From assembly GCA_002633005.1 (NCBI GenBank), contig NMRA01000639.1:77609-141608 (forward strand): 64,000 nucleotides of DNA. Reading direction: 5' to 3'. A model generated the notes under the pieces. The model saw only the letters and a program-made list of their open reading frames with translations. It was not told the origin of the DNA and ran no database searches. Of the stretch, positions 37,467-48,868 are shown one piece after another. Both the position numbers and the translations under genes were made by a program. The stretch's first letter is position 1. Each line of letters starts with the position of its first letter. The DNA comes from Phoronis australis (taxonomy: Eukaryota > Animalia > Phoronida).

Positions 37467-38732
37467 ATTAGAGAATTTGAAAACTGTATTGGGATGAAAT
37501 GAGGTTATATTTCGTCTGTGTTTCAAAAATAATTAGTCTGATGATCTTTCTAGAAGTTCTCGCAATATTCAATGTGAATGCTGTCACCCTCACGTTAGCA
37601 GATTCGCCACAATTAAGGTGTCTTTACGAGTTTTCGTGTTCCATGCCTCTTTAATAGTTCGGTATCCATCTCTTACATAATTCGCTGTCGATGAAGTTGC
37701 TGCCTTGTTTTTCCATTAGACGGTGCGTTGTCTGAAAATGTTCTTGTTATGGCAGAATTTTCCAGTGCTCGAGTCAAAGGGAGGGGATAACTCTGCCCCG
37801 ACAATGCCTATGGCAAAGCCAATTTCTTAACAAAAGGAGCTTTTCGATTAAATTATCTACAAAAAATATCCACTTTAAGGTGCAGGAACGCGACAAACTG
37901 CGGTCAGAGTCTTCCCAATTTATGCGACCTTCCGCTCGAAACACTTGAAGCAGTGCGGACGCTTCTCTCAGGCCCAGCCCCAAATGACATTCAACTTTTC
38001 AATGGAAATCCGATAAGCTTTCAATAGGGTCACGGCAGAATAAAGTACATGAGAGGCCGCTAGTTGCATGAAATAGTCCAAATCAGCCGACACAATTTGT
38101 TCGACGGGTTTGTGTCTTTGTTATCTTAAAAATGTTATGTTCTCTATTGTTTTATCTTTGTATTGAGCTCCTCTTTCAGCAATGACACTTTCTTATGTTA
38201 CATCTGAAAACTCAGCACTTATTTCGACGAAAACAAACAGGGCGTTGTGTGAAAATCATCTCTCTATTTATTTCAATAATATTGTGTACCAAAGCTAAAA
38301 ACTAACTTCGTTACGAAGATAACAGCATTATAAATCAGTGCTTGCGCTTGTCCGGCACAAAAGTTAAGGCAACATTGAGTCGCTCACATTTGGGAAAGTG
38401 AAGTAACCTGGCAGAGGTCTCTTGCTACTATGACGAGACAACTATTTTGTTCTATCGAAATAGACATCTTTATTCATTGAATTCATTACCGTCTCACTTC
38501 TTACTCAGGTCTACTTGTACTTATTTACTTAGCCTTCTTGTGGTGCCCACCTAAGGCCTCCACAAGAAAATGTCAGTTTTGCCGTCAGTTCTGTTTGTGT
38601 GAGCTTGTTTGTATGCATAATGCCAGATGAGGCCATGGGGACGCATTTAGTCAAGCCCCTCTTAGTCTTGCTCTGCTTTTAAGCCCTCTGTTGTCCATTT
38701 CATTGCCACAAGATGTGTAACCAGAGTATTAA

Positions 38733-39919
38733 AGGCGAAGGCAACCTTTTTTCATGTCATTTTTAGCAAAAATAAGGTTCGTTGATTATCCCAGACATAT
38801 TTTTCACTTATTTACTGCTTTTCGTAATTTAATTAATTACTCGTCGTCTACTCCGGAAGTGACGTTTTGGGAGGCAAGAATTTCGCGCCAATTTCTTTTC
38901 ATATAGTCTGACTGTGAGAGCAGTTGATTCAGTCATTGTTCTACCTCGGTTGTGATAAGTTCGGTCGTCGTTTGCTTTTGCTTACGAGTCAGTCATTATC
39001 GTCTCCCGTAAAGAGGCAGAACTGTCCACTTGCCCGAGTGTCCCGCGACACACTCCCACTGGAGGGTGATCTGAGCACCCAAACTGCTTGCATCCCGCCG
39101 TGTGACTCCCTCGCCACACACCTGACACCTTCTAAATAGCTCCAATACAAGTCCACAATAAACTTATCAAACTTAGGCTCACTGATCTGTTCATTGGATG
39201 ACGAAATGTCCTCTTCACTGGGTGTCGAACTGGGCCTGTATTCATTCCCACTACTCAACATCGCTGCAGGGCTGCTTACAGGCTCTGGGCTAGAGACAAC
39301 GGCACAGGGCGAATCACTGCTAGTTCCCGTAATTGCACGCAATGGGGTACGTTCGGAGGCCAGGGTGACAGTATATGAAGTGCCTCCAGTCACTGTATAG
39401 TGGCCACAGCTCGCGAGGCTTCTCGCTTCAAAAACGCACTTCTCGGGGTTGGCGACGGGGCACTGCCGGGAATCAACAGCGACGGTATGGTACCCTTCTT
39501 TAGGCGTTGTTTCGCAGGGACCTTCATCAGCGTTGCGTTCTTCACATGAACGAGCTAGCCAAGTACGCTACGGCGAAGTGTGTCATCCTTCGGAAAGCGA
39601 CGCAAGGTACCCAAAGCGCGTACGAGACGATAATGAGTACATCCCGGCACGCAGCAACAGCGTGGCATGTTGGCTGACAAACGACGACCGAATTTATCAC
39701 AACCGAGGTTGAGCAGTGACTGACTCGACAGCTCTCATAGCCAGACTATAATGAAAAGAAATTGGCGCAAAACTATTGCCTCCCAAAACGTCACTTCCGG
39801 AGTAGAGGACGAGAAATTAATCAAATTACGAAAAGCTGTAATTAAGTGAAAAATGCGTCTGGGATAATCAACGAACCTTATTTTTGCTAAAAGTGACATG
39901 AAAAAGGTTGCCTTCGCCT
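38733..39919 (-). mobile_element. Internally deleted Kolobok-type DNA transposon with a THAP/transposase pseudogene remnant
   Basis: ~240-bp inverted ends, AG...CT termini, TTAA duplication (38729-38732 and 39920-39923). The - strand from ATG 39668 reads MPRCCCVPGC...LRRFPKDDTLRR; KQRLKKGTIPSLL at 39512-39474 is THAP AVPTIF-like; frameshifted KFIVD/VLELFRRCQVCG...ITLQWECVAGHSGKW follows. Confidence 0.85.
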
Positions 39920-40288
39920 TTAAGAGGTCTATGTGTGTAACCTATAGACCCGCCATCACAATTAACGGTGAGACACATCCTTGATTTTACTGAAACAAGT
40001 CGCTTACATGATACATCGATAGAAACATGCAGAGACTGGTTATTCAACTATCTGTTTCAGCTTTATAGTGAGGGACACACACAACTAATAAGCCCCACTC
40101 CGTCATAGCCACAGGGGCCCATCGCGGTGTAATTTAGGTCGGAAGTTCGGATTGGGAGCGGGTGAAAATTGTTATCGGTAGTACCACCAGGTGTCAGTGA
40201 CAGAATCATGACAACTGGGGGAGCGGGGAAGTAAGACTACCAGGGACTTCAGAATTCTTATAACCGTATAAGGGCCACAAGAAGCCTC

Positions 40289-40525
40289 CAGTAGCGTGCA
40301 GAAGGGGGTGGGGGCGACGTCGCGACGGCCCCGGGCCATCCACATTAGGGGGCATCCCGGCGATCAAACTTTTAGAAATTGTGACTGATTCAGTTGCAGC
40401 TAAATAAAGGTTTCTATTTCATGCTTCGTATTTTTTAGTTTTCTTACTGGGAGCCATGGATTTGAATAGAGAGAGGTATATCCATTAAAAAAATCGTCCC
40501 GCCGGGCATCACTGAGCGGCTACTG
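40289..40525. mobile_element. Short MITE-like element
   Basis: CAGTAGC...GCTACTG ends with internal ccgggc(c)atc repeats; no clear target-site duplication. Confidence 0.45.
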
Positions 40526-41866
40526 GCTTGGGACAAATGTGCCCCTCAGTGTTGGTCTACATGCGCACACATCTGCTGTTCCAAAGTGCATACAGTTGAA
40601 AGATAAAAGGAATGTTTAAGTTGTTAAAAGATAAAACATTTTCGATGTATTTTAGTCTCGAAGCGATAGTAACTTACGCAACCAACAGTATACAGGTGCA
40701 AAGCCAAGTGATATAGCTTGGTTGTTCTTTCCAATTTGCATCAGGTTTCGAAAGATTAGGTCCATGCGTATGAATATGTGCGAAACACAAAAACAAAAAA
40801 TGCATTATTTTGTCTACAAATGCGTATGCCCACTAAGTGCGGGAGTGGATACCTTACATTTCTGACTCAAACCGCAAACCACCCTTTGGAAAGACGTATT
40901 CATAGGAGCTGAAACCTGGATGAATAGTAAATGCATTTTGTACCTAATCATAACCCAAAATGCGTAAATAGAATACTAACTAATCAATGGGGGTGCCCTG
41001 TACCGCAGGCCTACTGATAACGACATGATGACTGTTGTGGTACTATAAGTGAGTCATTTCAAAATTATTACCTTATCAAATTTCTGTCAGGTAGAGTACA
41101 TGCAACTAGCTGAGACCATTTTGGTAGCGGTAAGTGTCACCGGACGTAAAACTGCCAAAGATCGCGGTTGTATTGGAACTTTTTAAAGTGCTTAAAACCA
41201 CCAATTTCATATCACAAGCACGAAAATCAACCCCACCAGTAGACCAGTTGCCACATTAGAACACCAGCAAACACTATCTGGCGATATTCGAGGTACCGCC
41301 GGGATTGACTGAAAACCAACAATCGTGCCGCAGTGAACACCCGGCGGATGACCCATGACAGACAAATCGTCTTCTGGAAAAGGTTCACCGGTGACGGTAA
41401 ATTTCTGTCAGTACACATCTCTTACTACAGTAAGGTCGTACTTGAATTAGTTGGCCTCACTGAAAAGCGTCTGCAACTGCTCAGCGCAACTATACAACGC
41501 GTGTCGAAAGCATATGTAGATGTACTTTTGTGAAAACAACGAAGTCCTTGTCGTTTACCAGGAAACAGCTAGTTTGACCTACCTGTTGTCAACAGCGGAT
41601 GTCAAAATTTTTAATCGTTTATTCGGGATGTTGTCTATCAAGTAGAGGCCGAGCCTGGAGAGATTGATTACTTGGGTTATTTTTGGATTATAGACATATC
41701 AGGAGTTGAAGGCACCTTAAGCTTGACACCGTGTAGGAGCACGGACCAATCGTTTTCCCTGAACGTGTCTAAGTAGTCCATCCCGTCCGAGCATAAAGTA
41801 TTACCGGCAGGGTAAGAATATCAGTTTCTCCATTAAACTTCGTAGTATGAACGCTAAGCTCCGAAA

Positions 41867-44612
41867 ATGGTCGATAGAGTAGAAAGATGGATTGAAAATG
41901 GAACGTATGTCGACGACCACGAACGTGGATCGGGAAGAGGATTTTTCGCGCGTCTCGTGTCGAGAATTATCGAACACGATGGGCGAGAGACCAGTTTGTT
42001 GCTGTCCTTGAGCATTGTTTGCTTTGCTCTAGCGCTGATGATTAGCGAACAAATAACAATCGACTCCAAGTTTTTTGTTAGCCCAGCATGCGCCTTGTTA
42101 ATGCTGGTAGTTTTGCAAATCATCTGCATCGTCTTCATGTGCTACGCCATTCGAATGAAGACCATAGACTCCACTTTTGTGACTTTTAACAACCAATACG
42201 GCAGTGAAACGAAACTAACAAAAATCAAGTCGTTCGGAGGCTTGTGGGTTTTTGGCGCTGGTGGAATTATTTTAGACATGTTGTCGTTTACAAACGCAGT
42301 GGCTTCATACGGCGACAAAGACGACTGGGGTGCTTGCAGAGTGCATTTGATCTCTCAAATGCTATTCCATATCGTGAAATTAGCCTTCTTTGCTGTTCAA
42401 ATTCATTTTCTGCAACTTTTCTATCACGCCACGTTCACTAACCTTCGCTCTACGAGGTATATGGTGTATATAATAATGAGTGTCAACGCCTTGGTCTGGA
42501 TGTCCTGCTTTCAGCAACAAGTGCAGCAAATAAAAAGTCACTATCCATCTAGTTTGGACTTCGTAGAAAATGACCATCATCAGGATGACAGTCAAGTGTA
42601 CAACTGTAGTCTTGCCGATAGCAACTGGACGCAGATCATCGGTTCACCCGGCATCTACCTCTATCCGTTTACGATGGAATATTCATTCATTGCTATTGGC
42701 CTATTGTTTCACATACTAGAGAATCTTATGGGGATTGACAAAAAGAGAGAACAAGAAGATTTGGAATGCACGAGAGAGCTTGCTTCGATACCTCCACCTT
42801 TGTATGATTCTGTCAAAAGCGTAGTGTCGGAAACCAGTAACGTAAGTACATTATACATTTATGGTTGCTGTGACCATAGCGGCACTACAGGGCATCGTTT
42901 TATCAAAGGTCGTGCGACCTGTTATAGCTAAATCATCCCTTTACGTATGACCACCGCCCACTGAGTAGCTGCGAGCTGACCTAGGTGTCCTTTGCTTGCA
43001 CGTCCCCATCAGATGAGATGACAGCTCACTTCAAAGTGTCAAAATACGACAAAAATCGAATGTATCTTTTTAACAGCAAACTCCAAACACGATTTTACTA
43101 ATTATTCAAACCTAAAACGAAACAGCGAGCTTTAAAATGACTCCAGCTAACTTCACGGCGCGCTGTCCAGTGAGGTTGCTACGAAACTACCCGGTTCCAC
43201 AAAGAAAGCCTGAATTGCATTTACTGTTATGCTTTTGTCTAACTATTCCGTGCTCAACTACAAACAATTCCTAAGCTCTTTTGTTATTGTTTGAAATCAT
43301 TAATAAAGCCGTCAATCGTTGAAGCAATAAAAAGAGCAATTAAAAACGCAAACTAGCCTTTTTTAAAAGAAATCAAAATAAAATGCTCCAACACCTCAAA
43401 ACATGCACCCTCGAACTGCTAGTTTGTTAGTTCGTCATACACCAAACACTGATTTTCAAAGATGATGGTGCACGGGGTTTTTTTTTTGCAAATGAGACTT
43501 TACCTGTGTCAGAAAAAATAAAAAATACAGTTTTTGACGAAATCTGAATTGTATTCTATTCTAGGGTGGAGCTCGTAGGAAATTTCAAAATGGCGTCGTT
43601 GGAATGAGTTGCAGATTTTTGAGCCAAAAACAACAACCGTAGCATTAATTGAATTTAGGAACTTGTACATTATTTCTTGTCTCGGTAGCTTAATACCTGA
43701 CACAAATTCAAGTCATTTCTTAACACTATACTTCTGTTGTTATTGTAGGCGGATAATTCAGATGAACGCACACCACTTCTGCGTGCAGATAATATGAACG
43801 AAAGCGCCACTCAAACTAGTTCACGTGCGGGCGACCACCTTTCAAGTCTCGAACGTAGCGTATCACATGCAAGCGTACAAACGAAGTACTATATCCCACC
43901 AAACGATCCTAACGAGTCCAATAAATTTACATGGTGGTTTATTGGACTAACTGTTTTGCTTATAGTACATGCCACGCTCGAAATACTAGCAGTTGTTCGT
44001 TCTAACGATGATCCCAAAACAGTCACCACCAGCGACGATTGGATTTTGTATTTGAACTACAGTTTTCAATTACTGTTCTTTGTCGTCACGAGCGTTTTAG
44101 GCTATTTTGGAATAACGTTTTGCGAGAAAAATCCGAAGGGGTTTTCAGGCGAGGACTTTTCTTTGAGCATTTCCGGTGCCGGTGCGTGGCTTGTACATAT
44201 CTTTGGCATTATTCCAGCAGTCACCCTACTGGCAAATGAACGCAAACTTGATCAAGATAAATTTCAACACCCGACGTCATTGAGCGTGGTGTTGATCGTC
44301 ATGTACCTTTTCAACATGCTTCAGGTTTTCTATCAAAACTGGTTCGCAATGAAAGCCTCCGGTCGAAATTTTCGAAAGAACCTTAACGAAACTCAGAAAC
44401 GGAAGCTATACAACTGCGTGGCCTTCCTGTCTGTGTTTAATTTTGTCAAATGGGCCCTAGACAGTTTCTGCGAATTTGAATCGGCGGCCCTATTTCCAAT
44501 TCAGTTGACCGTGTTTGGCATAAATTGGATCCATATCAACCTGGTTGTCTACCCCATGGCTATATTCTATCGATTTTACATTGCTACTTTGTACTTTAAA
44601 CTGATATGCTAA
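41867..44612 (+). CDS. Otopetrin-family proton channel, two coding exons (41867-42841, 43749-44612), 612 aa
   Basis: Two multi-TM halves joined by a phase-0 intron (aac|gtaagt ... tgtag|gcg). Otopetrin motifs FFAVQIHFL, VNALVWM, YLYPFTMEYS, LQVFYQNWF, FNFVKW, YPMAIFYRF. Confidence 0.9.
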
Positions 44613-46774
44613 TGGGTTGGTTACTCAAAAAATTGTACGGCATTCTGGGAGATATCACAGAGAGCGTTTAACAGCGCTACATGCGGCTGTGTTTCACAAC
44701 GGACTGATGATCCAACCAGTAATCATGTATTACTATGTTGTATTTTAAACTAACATACTGGTTGAAATTACACTTTCAATTTCACACTGCACTGACACTA
44801 CAAGTTTAATCTGAATAGAGGCAATGCTGCAAAAAATAATTTAGAGCCTCTGAAACCAGCAATAAACAAAGCCTATTATTGCCAAAAGCATGAATTTGAA
44901 TCTGTTATTACGTAGTTACATTTTGGTAATCCGTACATGTAATAATGGATTGCTGAATCCGTCATTACAGATTGTCAATCCGTATTTACAAATTCGAACT
45001 ATATTTCTCTGACACTATTGGCCTTAGTGACAGTATGATAATTGATTTAGTAAAATCTTATTTTTTGTCAGAAATATGTCAAAGTTTACAGTTTTCTATC
45101 GAATCTGTAAAACCGATATATAGACTAGATTGGCTCTGAACACCGAGTCTGCATGACATTGTTTCTGGAGGAAGTTTTCACTTCCTCGTGGACTATTGAT
45201 AGCAGGTTTAAATATCCGACACTTTGACGGAAATTATCTTCGTTGATAAGCTAGCAAGCTACCAAAACAGCATTCATCAATGCTTCAGCCCATGCAGTGT
45301 AGAACTACCTGCGGACGTTATGTCTTGACAGCGTGATAACTGGGTTTGAGCCGAGCTGCGTTCTTTGGCATAGTATACAATGATATTTTGTGCCACGCAA
45401 AGGAAATAAAAAGTATAGACGTTTCTTTGTACTTAACGTTCAAGTAATCCGTTTCAGAAACCCATATATGAAATTGGTGAGAAATCGTGTTTTTATATTT
45501 TACCAGTTATATTGAGGTTTTGCTAGTTAGCAAGATTTCACCACGAAACTATATTGTAGATGTGACATACAGTAATTTCTTGCGCGCACCCAGGGGGGGG
45601 GGAGCTCGGGGGGCTCGAATGAGCCCCCCATTTGGCGAATTGGGCGAAAAGGTCCGCCCCACAGAGACAAAAAGTCCGTGAAAATGGGACAAAAGTCCAC
45701 CAAATAAGCGCAAACACGCACTTCACTGTGGTGCTCCCGTTTTTTTTTTGTTTTAGTCCGACCGTTCTTTTGTTAGCAAAATATCATATCCACAATGTGA
45801 GGAATTCGAACCCCCATATTAAAGGCTGGGTGTGCGCGGGTGCGCGCATGAATTTTTCATAGGGTAACTCGTACTGTAGATTAATTATTAATCTTAACTG
45901 TACGTTTTCAGGTATATATACATGTACTAAACTTACCGATTCACATGAACATTTCCACAGGAAGAGGAAATACTTTGTAAAAAAGTTTTACATCCTTGTA
46001 ATGCCAATACCAATTTGTGTGTATGACGTCACTGTGCTTACTATCAAATTTCTGTTAAACTAGGCGTATCTCTCAGTGATGAGTAATAAGCTTCTTTGCA
46101 AAGAATGAGACAAGGCGAAACTTGAACCGAACCATGTGAATGTACGTTTCCAGAATCTTTGAAGGAAAGTTGTATGCCTGAACAGATGCACAATGTAGTG
46201 CTATCCAATGAAACGTCTTAAATATGCCGTCTGTTTTTATTGACCGTGAGTTTCATGATAGAAGTGTGCAAATGCCGGTGGTTTGTGAAATAATTGTATA
46301 TATATATATTCCTACAACATGTCAATTGTAACATTCATTTGTATATATTAATAAATTGAACTCTTCTTGTAATGGACCTCTTTTGCATATACACAACTAC
46401 GTCACATTGCAGTGGATTGTGGGGAACCAGTCATCCAATGCAGAATGAAACCAATCACTGAAAACGAGATCGCAAATATCTATATTTTCAGAAAACAGGT
46501 GACCTGGATGTCGAAAATTTATCACTCAAGCCGCAAATCGTAAGATGGCAGGTTAACCCGTGAAAATAAAACACATCCAGACCAATGTTATACCCAAGTG
46601 ACCAGGAAAAGTGGATACTCAAGCCCATAGCAAGTGATAGCATTTTTCATTTCACACTGGATCCACGGAAATAAAAATGGGGTTGAAATTTTAAAAGCTG
46701 TGGGTATCTAGATATATCATATTTTGTTCCGTTGGGGTTTTGCTCAGAATTTTCACGAGCCTACAAAGTTGAGC

Positions 46775-48725
46775 TTCACGTGCTTGCGCTGACAATGAGT
46801 GGAAGTGGTAAACAAAAACGGAACATAAATAATGTAAATACTTAATGATTTATGTCAACTTTGGCCTGTGGTGAATTAGGGTGCACCAATGCAGATAGTA
46901 CTGGGTCGTTCAGATATTTATTTTAAAAACTTTATTAAACCTGGAACATGGCTAAGTTTCTGAGCAAGAGTGGCGAGAGTTATGTGAGAGTTCCCAATAT
47001 AAGTTGTCGACATCGACAAAAATTGTCGCCGGGGCATTTGCTCTCATAACCTCATAACATTCACTTCATATTTTTTCTCACCATTGGAGTCTATTTCCAT
47101 TACTAACTAAAGTCACAGGCAATATGTCAAGTGCGCTATTTTGGAATCTGCAATTTCAGTACTGGCCATCCTCAATAAACTCTGAAGCATTAAATAACAT
47201 GGTTCCGATGTTCTTGTTGATAACATAAAATCGAATCCTATCGTGGTAAGGAATATTACGTAAGGTAGAGAGGGGTTCACTTTCCCCTGTGAAGAAATTC
47301 CTGGGAAATAACAAATTTCACGAATTTTAAAATAAGAGCGAAGGAAAAACTCTGGTTACCACAGAGTTTCTAATCTCCCTCCCACTTATGATAAATGCGC
47401 GCATGCGCTCACATTCAGTTGCTTTAAGTCGCTCGCGGTCAAAGGTCACACTTTCTATATAAGGAAAATGTGCTACGTCTATGTCNTTCACGTGCTTGCG
47501 CTGACAATGAGTGGAAGTGGTAAACAAAAACGGAACATAAATAATGTAAATACTTAATGATTTATGTCAACTTTGGCCTGTGGTGAATTAGGGTGCACCA
47601 ATGCAGATAGTACTGGGTCGTTCAGATATTTATTTTAAAGACTTTATTAAACCTGGAACATGGCTAAGTTTCTGAGCAAGAGTGGCGACAAAGTTGCGAT
47701 AAATTATTTTTTGTTTATTATAAGCAGTCTTCACGTAACAAATTTTCCTTTTTTTGGAGTTAGGCCAACCCAAGAGAAAGTAATACGACACCAACTTCAT
47801 GTACCAGCTTGACGCCGTTTGACTGATTGATACGATATTCAAGTTTCGACTGGTAACTTGTAACGTATGAAATTACTCCTTTAAAGCAAAGAAGAGAGAG
47901 AGAGGGAAAGGGAGAGGGAGAGGGAGAGGGAGAGGGAAAGAGAGAGTGAAAGAGAGAGAGACTTTTTTTCAGTTGATGCACGACAGAAATTTTTCCTGAA
48001 ACTTTATAATATACACGACTGCACAACAGCTATTCACCGATAATTTAAAAGCATAATATATTGTCACGTCAACGGTAGAAAAACAACTGACTCAAGGGCA
48101 TCCCAGTTCAAACCCGCCAGCTCTGAATTACGGAAAGCGGATACATACAGGGGGGCGACAACTCATATCGTTACATTGTAGCGACATAAAAGATGTACCC
48201 CCTGGAGTGACAAGTTATGTGAGAGTTCCCAATATAAGTTGTCGACATCGACAAAAATTGTCGCCGGGGCATTTGCTCTCATAACCTCATAACATTCACT
48301 TCATATTTTTCCTCACCATTGGAGTCTATTTCCATTACTAACTCAAGTCACAGGCAATATGTCAAGTGCGCTATTTTGGAATCTGCAATTTCAGTACTGG
48401 CCAACCTCAATAAACTCTGAAGCATTTTCGTCAATAACATGGTTCCGATGTTCTTGTTGATAACATAAAATCGAATCCTATCGTGGTAAGGAATATTACG
48501 TAAGGTAGAGAAGGGTTCACTTTCCCCTGTGAAGAAATTCCTGGGAAATAACAAATTTCACGAATTTTAAAATACGAGCGAAGGAAAAACTCTGGTTACC
48601 ACAGAGTTTCTAATCTCCCTCCCACTTATGATAAATGCGCGCATGCGCTCACATTCAGTTGCTTTAAGTCGCTCGCGGTCAAAGGTCACACTTTCTATAT
48701 AAGGAAAATGTGCTACGTCTATGTC
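46775..48725. other. Near-identical tandem duplication around a single N (probable haplotype overlap)
   Basis: 46775-47485 is repeated at 47487-48725; the second copy carries an extra ~524 bp (47689-48212); N at 47486. Confidence 0.85.
47891..47961. repeat. Purine-rich (GA/GGGAGA)n microsatellite
   Basis: gagagagagagggaaagggagagggagagggagaggg... Confidence 0.9.
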
Positions 48726-48868
48726 TTGCCATACCACATAAGGACAGTCGTTCTTTGTCTCGACGAAGCAGCAACCAGTTGACAGATCGTTTTCTTTGAA
48801 ACTAAAAATGTATTGACACCAACAAAAATAAAAATCTTTACTAAAAAACCCTAAAAATACCTGGTGAG
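48639..48868 (+). promoter_or_regulatory. Putative TATA promoter with a first-exon donor
   Basis: GCGCATGCGC (48639-48648), CGGTCA-A-AGGTCA DR1 (48676-48688), TATATAAG (48696-48703), donor ctg|gtgag at 48864. Confidence 0.4.

Noticed and set aside
38989-39712. Stand-alone Ser-rich and other small ORFs
   Set aside because: Fragments or antisense frames of the disrupted transposase inside the Kolobok-type element.
42842-43748. Two separate otopetrin-like genes as the ORF track suggests (354 aa and 272 aa)
   Set aside because: A canonical phase-0 intron joins them into one protein with both otopetrin halves.
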